From a virus (lineage: Duplodnaviria > Heunggongvirae > Uroviricota > Caudoviricetes): DNA of 26,912 nucleotides. Position 1 is the stretch's first letter. Each line of letters starts with the position of its first letter. A model generated the notes under the pieces. That model had not been told where the DNA came from, did no database searches, and was given only the letters and a program-made list of their open reading frames with translations. The position numbers and the translations under genes are program-made. The stretch lies in IMG/VR virus record IMGVR_UViG_3300033124_000732; one strand, 5' to 3'. This document shows positions 14,501 to 21,465 of the stretch, piece by piece.

Positions 14501-16582
14501 ATTGCTTGGATCGGGTCTGGCACCGGACTGATGATATCTTGTGTTCACTCGCACTTCACGGCCCACAGCCTGACTGAATTCGTCAGCCACTTGATCTGCG
14601 TCAATCTCGCCGCTGTTTATGCTAGTCCAGTATGGCCAAGTTATATCATAGGCACTTTCAATGCCACTCATGCGGTCAAGGTCTTCGGCATCTAACCAAT
14701 CGCTTTCGTCCCAGTTGTCCTGATTTTCTTCACGGTATTCATCAAAGGCCTGATTGTAGTAATCACTAGAAGGATCAGCATAAACATTAGCAACAAATTG
14801 ATCAAGTGAATCGGTTTTGTCTGCATCAAGGTCTGCCCACTCGTCTTCATCTACATTATTCACAATCCATTCTCTGAGGTATTCTTCGCCGTCCATGCCC
14901 CAGGAATCGCGAATTTTATCATCCTGCCATTCAGTGAAATCGTTGTACATTCTGTCACGTAATTCAGCAACTTCTCTTCGACCGTTGTAGTCGCCGTCAT
15001 GAAAGAAGTTCACAGCATCATCAATACTAACACAGCGTTCATCCTGATCATAGTCGGGTTCCTGTTCAGGATCTTCAGACTCCATGCCAGGCACAATCAT
15101 TTCAAATTCCATGCCAGCAATGGCACCTGTCTTGGCTGCTTCTCGGCGTAGACTCTTGCTGCCCATGTTTATTTCAAACAGGTCTTGTTCTTCAAACAAT
15201 TCAAATTCTTGGGCAAGGCTTTCTGCCAACTTTATCTTGCCGTCTGCTCGCAACAGTTGTGGATGACCTTGTGCATCAGTAGCCAGTCTCATCTTGTTGG
15301 CTTCTTTACCTGTTTGTCCTGGTTGCACATCAACAGTTAGTGCCATCTTAAAGCGTGGATCGTTTGCTTGTGCCTTGGTAGGAATATATCCTGATGATTC
15401 ACGAATGGCTTCTTGGTCAAACAAGTCTGGGTGTGCATCTGCAAAGTCTCGCATGATGATGCCTGCCACAGCGTGTGCTTCATTTTCTATAGGTGACCCT
15501 GTGTTGCCAGATGTGTGATCCAATTGTTCTAATTCATTTTGACGACAGTGTGCCAGTTCATGTGCTGTGGTTCGCAAAATATCCATGATATGACGATTGC
15601 GAATGTTCACATGCAACACATGTTGATCGGGAATGTACATGCCAAACGAATGATTTTCTTCACTCCATCCATCATTGTCATGCAGCACAATTTCAGGCAT
15701 GCGCTCAATGCCCAAGCGTTCAGCAGTGTCTTGAATGAACTGTTGCACCATGTTTTCAGTGTCATCTTCGTTCAAGAACATTTGTGTGCTGGGTGCCACG
15801 CCATCTGGTGAGCTGTAGGGTTGACCTTGATGGCCTTCTGCAAATCCCCAATGGAATTGCGGAGCATGGTCTTGTTCTTTTAGACTTAGTTCATGATCTT
15901 GTGCGGCTGTTCTGGCTGTGCGCAAATCTTTAATGCAGCCTTTGTTGCGCAGAATTTTAAACACAATGTTTTCGCAACCAAACTCACCGTGAGCATCCAA
16001 GCCACTTTGACGCATGGACTTGATCTTGTCCCACAGTCTGCTCATGTGTTCAGCATTGCCAGATTGGATGGCAGAATGTATTCTGGCATCCAAATCTTCT
16101 ACCTTGGCTCGCACACAGGTATCATCAATTCTAGCACGTTTTCTGCGTGGTACTTGAATCCATTCTTCACGTGGGATAGAATACTCGCCTTGGCTCACAG
16201 GGGATTCGGCTGCATTTTGCACATACAATTCCACAGGCACGCCGCCAATGGCTAGATTGTGTTCGTCGTTGTATTGATATTTTTTGGCATTGAACAGTTC
16301 CTGATAAACTTCGTCGTCAGCAGGAAATTCTACCACAAGGTGTAGATCAATGTCGGAATATGGAGTATAGCTGTAGGCAGCATTGCTGCCTGAGATGGTT
16401 ATGTCTCGGACGTCAAGGTCGCCCACGCCAAGAAATTCGCGAAAATTGTCCGCAATGGCCATGAGTTTTTCACGCACCTCGGGCAACAAGTGCTCGTCTC
16501 GCCCCCAGATTTTAGGGTTGAGACGATTGTGAAACTTTACAGCATCGCTTAGTTTAAAGGAGTCCAGTTCTGTAATATGCAT
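11576..16582 (-). CDS. 1668-aa polyvalent protein: pol-beta-superfamily nucleotidyltransferase + HExxH metallopeptidase + amidoligase + six repeats + RibD-like deaminase + small modules
   Basis: GS...SDIDLH (NTase); HELAH at 15548-15562; GMEFE / EPDGSL / LEFVSPP / TGLHINIS / IEFRSPGG (amidoligase_2-type COOH-NH2 ligase); HAE at 12047-12055 with SPC...C...QDP (deaminase). Confidence 0.88.
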   Translation of the reverse strand: MHITELDSFKLSDAVKFHNRLNPKIWGRDEHLLPEVREKLMAIADNFREFLGVGDLDVRDITISGSNAAYSYTPYSDIDLHLVVEFPADDEVYQELFNAKKYQYNDEHNLAIGGVPVELYVQNAAESPVSQGEYSIPREEWIQVPRRKRARIDDTCVRAKVEDLDARIHSAIQSGNAEHMSRLWDKIKSMRQSGLDAHGEFGCENIVFKILRNKGCIKDLRTARTAAQDHELSLKEQDHAPQFHWGFAEGHQGQPYSSPDGVAPSTQMFLNEDDTENMVQQFIQDTAERLGIERMPEIVLHDNDGWSEENHSFGMYIPDQHVLHVNIRNRHIMDILRTTAHELAHCRQNELEQLDHTSGNTGSPIENEAHAVAGIIMRDFADAHPDLFDQEAIRESSGYIPTKAQANDPRFKMALTVDVQPGQTGKEANKMRLATDAQGHPQLLRADGKIKLAESLAQEFELFEEQDLFEINMGSKSLRREAAKTGAIAGMEFEMIVPGMESEDPEQEPDYDQDERCVSIDDAVNFFHDGDYNGRREVAELRDRMYNDFTEWQDDKIRDSWGMDGEEYLREWIVNNVDEDEWADLDADKTDSLDQFVANVYADPSSDYYNQAFDEYREENQDNWDESDWLDAEDLDRMSGIESAYDITWPYWTSINSGEIDADQVADEFSQAVGREVRVNTRYHQSGARPDPSNQFYVVEPDGSLEGDNPGDEGLEFVSPPMPIDELLKDLNAVKSWAGRMGVYTNSSTGLHINISVPDYSRDRLDFVKLALLLGDEYVLKQFGRSSNTYTKSALGKVRDRVRSNPEDAQRLLDKMKGQMGELASKAIHSGSTDKYTSINTKDGHIEFRSPGGDWLDDNFDKIENTLLRFTVAMSAALNPEAYREEYQKKLYKLLTQDQKDSDTIRYFSDYVAGKIPKAALRSFVKQAQLERKVKRGEAGNQKMWWSVTNPPQSSAGIEVVATSREEAIEKALGPDGYPSWTNTRQSIVAKPVRPYEEKPAQDQDSATSGNWGVWVAMLDRYAEMNVDGQSVTRRFTDQAAAQDWIQDYNTRQPGNGLALVAQEIEPSEPRDTSQFGAARGAPNWEIRRNSDQEVVHRFNADNQNAAMIQATDFMNTQGWSNDDYTIQSANSQTNVNPLRPTGPGPWEVANRNNNQVYYNTEFTNRGAAESEARTWLSQNGHNPNDFEVRTREGSRSDAEQNGIIDIEPDLEFASPQQYEIFNNDTGQIAVAFLAPDDSAAIQRLLQYRETHGDADYRTRRSAVAGSTAALAQQRATPGTFSGAWKVLVNGEEVYRFSGVGNSQSDANRVAATWLRNNGRGVSGEGFEVYPIMTEGKDRYGNFDPPGPETPPTMPAGTVRVDVSDVYDWYKLGQHISNMKGLGKHDFGKGPPSAIISFGDEDLEHQYIQALKQTGLTTTDIDPVDPAQPAGMPRQKTDPTYNVTEADASDYELHDRPKLDQVLAKCCRMVVQGQQRDPKRYGQVAACVIDPDNRMIYGINLPAKDGTRRHAERVAIDKYRKSIGEIPQGSIVVTTCSPCNSPMEERHGESCKDLLNSVGIHKVYAGYQDPTQHDDSDADFRVYVTENDQLWGECQLFAQTFLGKEELPENFADGRNPQDKGDSKRHGVPTKASVSTLRKVAKQGGRKGQLAHWMANMKAGRAKAKRNK
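11577..11582 (-). promoter_or_regulatory. Late promoter box TAAATA
   Basis: TAAATA-AACAATC-ATG(11569); overlaps the last codons of the upstream polyprotein gene. Confidence 0.65.
12585..13760 (-). repeat. Six diverged ~45-60 aa tandem domain repeats inside the polyvalent protein
   Basis: Units begin KMWWSV, GNWGVW, PNWEIR, GPWEVA, QQYEIF and GAWKVL, and share the pattern W/Y-x-V...F...A..A...W/F...G...(Y/F)-x-V. Boundaries are approximate. Confidence 0.7.
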
Positions 16583-16590
16583 ACGAACTG

Positions 16591-16596
16591 TATTTA
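16591..16596 (-). promoter_or_regulatory. Late promoter box TAAATA for the polyvalent protein
   Basis: TAAATA-CAGTTCGT-ATG(16582); no SD in the 17-nt gap. Confidence 0.7.
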
Positions 16597-16599
16597 CCG

Positions 16600-17520
16600 T
16601 TAAGCCGCGGCTGCTTCTTTCTTGGATTTCTTCTTGCTACTTGCCAACACTTCTGTTTTGACTTCTGCAGGGGCAGAATCAGCCAACACAGCTGGTGTGG
16701 CTGCAAGAGTAGCATTCATTGCTGCCACTTCCTCAGTGGCCTTAGCGGCCTTTGCAGCGGCAGCTTGAGCAGCTTCGGGATCAAACATCACACGTAGATC
16801 CTTGTACAGTTGTTCATGTGTGTTGTAATCAAACACATAGGTGCCTGTGTGACGCAACAGGATACGCTTGTCAATCCAAACCTGACCACCCAGATCACGC
16901 CAGTTTTCACAGAATGTCCAGTCTTCTGAGTAGTAGCGATTTTCACGCACAGCAGTGTCAAAGTAGGTTTTCATGTATTTGTCTAGACTAGAGTCAAGCC
17001 CAATGTCATTGTTGAAATGACGCACAGCGGGGTGAGCATTCAATTTCTCAAATACTTCACGTTTCATCAACAAGAAACCAGTGCCAGTTTTTGTAACTTC
17101 AACATGGTTAGAGGTAGGATCTTCTGCTTGGCCAGGAATGCCGTTCACACACCATTTCACAGGCAGTGATTTCATTGGGTATAGGCCGCCTATAACATCT
17201 TTTTGTGCGTCTAGCAACACCAGTAGGTGCCATGGCTCCCAGCCAATGTCAGCGTCAATAAACATCAAGTGTGTGGAACCTTCTGTGTTCAAGAACTTGG
17301 CTGTGAGTGTGTTTCTAGCACGACTGATCAAACTTTCGTTTGTCATGGTTTCTACTGTCCAATCAATGCCCAGTTGGCGTGCGGTATTGGCCCATTTGAT
17401 AAAACTCATAAAAGTTGATTCTGTCAGCTGGCCGCCATAACAGGGCATGCAGATATGAACTCGAGTGGTTTTCAAGTAATCGATGTTGACTTGAATTTGT
17501 GTTTGTGCTTGATCAGCCAT
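16600..17520 (-). CDS. GT-A fold glycosyltransferase (GT2-like) with an Ala/Lys-rich tail
   Basis: ICMPCYGG, SLISRARN, LMFIDAD (DxD), GTGFLLMKREVF, SEDWTFC and LRHTG. SD GGAGA upstream. Confidence 0.82.
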   Translation of the reverse strand: MADQAQTQIQVNIDYLKTTRVHICMPCYGGQLTESTFMSFIKWANTARQLGIDWTVETMTNESLISRARNTLTAKFLNTEGSTHLMFIDADIGWEPWHLLVLLDAQKDVIGGLYPMKSLPVKWCVNGIPGQAEDPTSNHVEVTKTGTGFLLMKREVFEKLNAHPAVRHFNNDIGLDSSLDKYMKTYFDTAVRENRYYSEDWTFCENWRDLGGQVWIDKRILLRHTGTYVFDYNTHEQLYKDLRVMFDPEAAQAAAAKAAKATEEVAAMNATLAATPAVLADSAPAEVKTEVLASSKKKSKKEAAAA

Positions 17521-17546
17521 TGAAGGTCTCCATAAAAGTTGTGTAT

Positions 17547-17552
17547 TATTTA
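17547..17552 (-). promoter_or_regulatory. Late promoter box TAAATA
   Basis: 26 nt upstream of ATG 17520, with a GGAGA SD in between. Confidence 0.6.
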
Positions 17553-17558
17553 CTAGGG

Positions 17559-18728
17559 TTATAAAGACTCGGATTTTTTCCAGGCCTCATGTAGTTTAGG
17601 CAAGCACGTGGTCCAATCTAAATTGCGTCTATTGTCAATAGATTTTAGATATTGTTGCCAGCTTCCGTTATCTTGGGTGCTGGTGGATTTTTTTAATATG
17701 TCACGAATCGTGGAGTGGACATAGTTATGCCCAGCATATTTTTCCATCCAAACTTGTTTTAGTTTTTCAGAACTGTACTCCAATGCTAAAATTCCGTAGC
17801 AGGGATGAATTACAAATCCTGACATTTTTTTGTAAGTTTGGCGCATATTCCTAAACCAATTGTAAGTGTCTTCGGCAATGTCAATATTGTACACACCCAA
17901 TACAAAGGCCACGTTAAAACTCACAACAGGTATGTTTTGTTCATGCCACCAACAAATATTTTGCTCAACAGTTTCCCAGTTCAAGGGATTTCTAATGTAT
18001 TCAAATGCTGATCCAGTTCCGTCAATACTGAAATTTACCACCAGTGATTTACACTTGGCTGCCAGTTGTATAAACTCCTGTGATGGCCTAATGCTACCAT
18101 TGGTATTAAATGATAGGTTCAATTGAGAAATAGTACCAATTTGGTCAATTTTTCTTAAAAACTTCAAGGGCTCTTTGCTCAACATGGGTTCACCGCCGTT
18201 GAAATAAAGGCTCGTCAATTGAGATACATCAATGGATTCCCAGGCAGAGTTGTGCCTGGTGGCGTTAGTTACTCGCACATCAATGATTACGCCATGCGCC
18301 GCATCCTCTGCTGCCCAGGCACTACTAAAGTGCGAACTGCACTGAATGCAACGAGCATTACAGATGGGATCCACATTCCAGTCTAATTTGGTAAGAGTTG
18401 GTTGATTCAGATTTACTGTAACTGAGTTAAACTGTTGAATTGCACTGTCCCTTAAACTGAAGTTTTTGGGATTATTATCACAACGATCACAACCAGGCAC
18501 CAATTGCCGTGATCTAACTAACTCACGCTGTGATTGGAGATATAGGTCATTATCAAAGTCGATTGTATCTGTTTCTGGGCCAAGAGTATTGACACAGCAT
18601 GCGGATATTTTTACTTTGTCTTGATTGACTTTTTCTACATACATTCCGTTAAAAATTAACGGGCAGTAGTAAGGATTATCGGTTTGATCGTTCGTCAATG
18701 TAATCTTCTGCAATGGGTTGATTTTCAC
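17559..18728 (-). CDS. Radical SAM enzyme with an N-terminal SPASM/twitch-like Cys domain
   Basis: YCP...ACC...GCDRC, then CNARCIQC, YFNGGEPM, FNTNG and FSIDG. AT-rich. The start is uncertain (53-nt overlap with the upstream gene). Confidence 0.85.
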   Translation of the reverse strand: MKINPLQKITLTNDQTDNPYYCPLIFNGMYVEKVNQDKVKISACCVNTLGPETDTIDFDNDLYLQSQRELVRSRQLVPGCDRCDNNPKNFSLRDSAIQQFNSVTVNLNQPTLTKLDWNVDPICNARCIQCSSHFSSAWAAEDAAHGVIIDVRVTNATRHNSAWESIDVSQLTSLYFNGGEPMLSKEPLKFLRKIDQIGTISQLNLSFNTNGSIRPSQEFIQLAAKCKSLVVNFSIDGTGSAFEYIRNPLNWETVEQNICWWHEQNIPVVSFNVAFVLGVYNIDIAEDTYNWFRNMRQTYKKMSGFVIHPCYGILALEYSSEKLKQVWMEKYAGHNYVHSTIRDILKKSTSTQDNGSWQQYLKSIDNRRNLDWTTCLPKLHEAWKKSESL

Positions 18729-19773
18729 GTTGTTGATAACTGGCGGTCATTCCGCCCACAAAGTTTTGTCCGTCCATTTCTGCCACATCAGGTTTGTCCA
18801 TCAGAGGACCACCTGTGACCCAGGCATCGCAGGTTCTGCGACTGGCGCACTTGAATTTTAGGAACTTGCAGTAGCCCAGATCTCCTGCGTCAATCACACC
18901 TTCAGCGTCCTCGGGTGAGTCGCTGTCAATACCTTGGGCAATGCAGTCTAGTGTGTCTTGACGTATGTCAAATGCCGCACAGTTGCCGCACAGACTTTGC
19001 TGTGCTTCTTCCATGCTGTCAAGATTCCATTCGTCAACCTTCTTCATCCAAAACTTGGTGTTGGGCATGTCTGGGTTGAGTGGTCCGTAGCCATATTCGT
19101 CGATGGCTTTTTGTCTGTTCTTGAGATTCAGTGTAATGTCTTGTGTGGCAGGAGGGCACTTTTTGACAGCTTCGGTAACACTTTCTGTGCTGCCTATTGC
19201 TGCGTCTAATATTTTGACCACAGTCTGTGCCAGCTTGAGATTGCCTTGAGTCTTTGGGTACAGACTCATTACTAGTGCAGTTTTTCGCTGATTATTCAAT
19301 TGTGGCCAGGCTGTGCGAATTTCTGTAGCTGACGTCATTCCGGGACCAAACTCCACTGTGGGCAAGTAGGCCATGTAGGCGTGCTTGGCAAACGGCTCCA
19401 GTCGCTTGGCACCTATCAGTGGTTGCAAGTACGCAGGATTGCCATCTTTCTTTATGCCGCCGGCCTGTGGCTGTTTTGTAGCGTCTTTGTCTGAACGCAC
19501 AAAAATTAACGTGTCCCGAGCAGGATCAAATCTACTAGTAATTTCTTCAGCACGAAACGGTGATTTAACCTGTACAAAATGACCAGCATCTACCCCAGCC
19601 AGCTTGGCCAGTTTTTCTTTTACTGCAAACGGAAATGGTCTAGCTGAGGTATCATTGGTGGCTGCCACAAAAACTTCAGCGTCAGGGAATGCCCGTTGCG
19701 CGGATTGATAAAGTGCTAGGTGCCCTGCATGGAAAGGATGAAATCCCCCGGGCATGATTACTACAGTGGTCAT
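18676..19773 (-). CDS. HxGH-superfamily (cytidylyl/adenylyltransferase-like) nucleotidyltransferase fused to a Cys-rich module
   Basis: MPGGFHPFHAGH and SATEIR motifs; after the VTE linker a CPP...CGNC...GYC...C...RTCDAW module; ends DYIDER-SNR. Confidence 0.82.
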   Translation of the reverse strand: MTTVVIMPGGFHPFHAGHLALYQSAQRAFPDAEVFVAATNDTSARPFPFAVKEKLAKLAGVDAGHFVQVKSPFRAEEITSRFDPARDTLIFVRSDKDATKQPQAGGIKKDGNPAYLQPLIGAKRLEPFAKHAYMAYLPTVEFGPGMTSATEIRTAWPQLNNQRKTALVMSLYPKTQGNLKLAQTVVKILDAAIGSTESVTEAVKKCPPATQDITLNLKNRQKAIDEYGYGPLNPDMPNTKFWMKKVDEWNLDSMEEAQQSLCGNCAAFDIRQDTLDCIAQGIDSDSPEDAEGVIDAGDLGYCKFLKFKCASRRTCDAWVTGGPLMDKPDVAEMDGQNFVGGMTASYQQRENQPIAEDYIDERSNR

Positions 19774-19779
19774 ACACTG

Positions 19780-19785
19780 TATTTA
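19780..19785 (-). promoter_or_regulatory. Late promoter box TAAATA
   Basis: TAAATA-CAGTGT-ATG(19773); no SD. Confidence 0.7.
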
Positions 19786-19789
19786 GTAG

Positions 19790-20227
19790 TTACATATTTT
19801 CCAGCAACCACAGATAAATTGGTGTGGAAAATTCTACAATTACCTGGCCATTACAACCCATATTTCCATAAAAAGGATTGATAGTTTTGTCACCTGTGCC
19901 GTTGAAATTGTGTTCGTATTTGAATGTTTTGATGTTGTCTAACGATATCTCATCAATACTAAAATTGGTTAATGTCAACAGTGCATCTTTAACAATTTCG
20001 CCAGCGTCATTGACCACAGTATGTTGCTGTGTTTTGCCCGACATTTCAAATATCAATGTGTGCTGTTGTTCAGCATCTGGAATCCAACATTCAAATGGTA
20101 TGGTTTCTTTTACATGTTGCTGATCAAGTATTACCTGGCCGTTTAAAATTACACGCAGGCTCAACGGCACAGTTGGATCAGAAGTGCTAATTTCGCAACG
20201 AAATGGGGTGAGATTTTCTTGTGTCAT
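19790..20227 (-). CDS. Hypothetical beta-rich protein
   Basis: 145-aa ORF tightly packed in the operon (TAA-CT-ATG coupling). Confidence 0.75.
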   Translation of the reverse strand: MTQENLTPFRCEISTSDPTVPLSLRVILNGQVILDQQHVKETIPFECWIPDAEQQHTLIFEMSGKTQQHTVVNDAGEIVKDALLTLTNFSIDEISLDNIKTFKYEHNFNGTGDKTINPFYGNMGCNGQVIVEFSTPIYLWLLENM

Positions 20228-20229
20228 AG

Positions 20230-20595
20230 TTAATAAGTGATAGTTACAGAATTTATAGTGCCACCTTCAAATGCAGTGACATTGGTGCGGACCCATACAA
20301 AATTGCCCACAATGCTTTCGGGGTGATAATCAGTAAGTGGAATACTACTGCCATCACCTATTTCATACACATCAAACCATGTGGCAGTAGCAGGCACAGT
20401 ATCTAGTGTGGCCTGCAACACAATTCTTCCTTCAAATTGATCCAGGCTAAACGTTACAGTTTGTAGTCCACCACGCCCACGATAATAATCTGCGGCTTGT
20501 GCAGGATCTGAATACCAGTCTTGGCTTGATCCGTCATAGTTGCCGGATGCTTGCCCGTAAACTGTGGTAGCTAAGATGGTCTGCGTTTGCGACAT
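20230..20595 (-). CDS. Hypothetical beta-sandwich protein, possibly virion structural
   Basis: 121 aa with alternating beta pattern (FEGRIVLQATL, DWF/TWF, GNFVWVR); TAATG overlap with the upstream gene. Confidence 0.7.
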   Translation of the reverse strand: MSQTQTILATTVYGQASGNYDGSSQDWYSDPAQAADYYRGRGGLQTVTFSLDQFEGRIVLQATLDTVPATATWFDVYEIGDGSSIPLTDYHPESIVGNFVWVRTNVTAFEGGTINSVTITY

Positions 20596-20759
20596 TATGC
20601 GCGGTCCGCTTCCACAACAACACCGGCGCCAGCCAGTTCTTCTGCTACTGATTGCAATGCTGCCACAATGTCATCAGTGGCAATTGCTTGCACTGAGGCA
20701 TCGTCTTTGACCAATTTTGATAGTTTGATCACAACTATTTCTTCGTGTATTTTTGCCAT
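20595..20759 (-). CDS. Small 54-aa protein (below the ORF-track cutoff)
   Basis: Manual translation MAKIHEEIVVIKLSKLVKDDASVQAIATDDIVAALQSVAEELAGAGVVVEADRA*. Preceded by TAAATA; TAATG overlap with the next gene. Confidence 0.8.
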   Translation of the reverse strand: MAKIHEEIVVIKLSKLVKDDASVQAIATDDIVAALQSVAEELAGAGVVVEADRA

Positions 20760-20766
20760 AGTGTGT

Positions 20767-20772
20767 TATTTA
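20767..20772 (-). promoter_or_regulatory. Late promoter box TAAATA
   Basis: TAAATA-ACACACT-ATG(20759); the TAA is also the stop codon of the upstream gene. Confidence 0.7.
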
Positions 20773-21465
20773 TTGTTTTTTTACTATGGGCAGGGTTTTT
20801 CTAACCATGCCCGGACATATCATACTCAACATGGTTTCGTATTGTAAACTGTTGTGCTCAATGTAGTAATAGCTTTCAGTGGCGTCGCCGCGCCACCAGT
20901 ACATTTGTTTTGGACTGATTTCAATATTTAAAAATGCCTGCAAACTCTTGCTGGCTGCAATGTCATCGCCCTGGGTGGTTACCCATGCAGCCAGTCGGGC
21001 CTTTTGTGTTTTGCCAAGTGATCGTCCACGGAAATAAGTGCGGTACTGATATTGTGGATTTTTCAACAGTATGGTATCAGGTGGCAAGTTGAGTTCTGCT
21101 CGTTTGAGATCTACAGACTCAATCCAATCGCACGCCATCAATCGACCATGCAGGCCAAGATTGTTTGTGTACACTGTGAGAAAATTGTTAAAGAACACCA
21201 TTTTCTTTGGGTGAGTTTCTGCGGCTAACAGTGCTCGCATGCCTTCTAAATTGTCGCGACAGCGTGTGGTAAATTTGCTTTCAAATTTTTCGTTATATCG
21301 TTGGTAATGAGAATTTCTACTTTGTTCGTAATCCATTCTCATGCGAATGTGCGACAGCATTTTGTTTTGATCAAGACTGCGAATACAGCCAATCTCGTCC
21401 TGCTGCCAGGTCATGGCATATTCATATGCGTTGTAATACAACGAACTACGCGATTCACTTCTCAT
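20770..21465 (-). CDS. Hypothetical protein
   Basis: 231-aa ORF whose start overlaps the clpA stop; no recognisable motif. Confidence 0.75.
   Translation of the reverse strand: MRSESRSSLYYNAYEYAMTWQQDEIGCIRSLDQNKMLSHIRMRMDYEQSRNSHYQRYNEKFESKFTTRCRDNLEGMRALLAAETHPKKMVFFNNFLTVYTNNLGLHGRLMACDWIESVDLKRAELNLPPDTILLKNPQYQYRTYFRGRSLGKTQKARLAAWVTTQGDDIAASKSLQAFLNIEISPKQMYWWRGDATESYYYIEHNSLQYETMLSMICPGMVRKTLPIVKKQ

Noticed and set aside
18676-19773. Complete phage NAD+ reconstitution pathway
   Set aside because: No Nampt-, Adps- or Namat-like partner is in the window, and the HxGH motif alone does not specify NMNAT activity.
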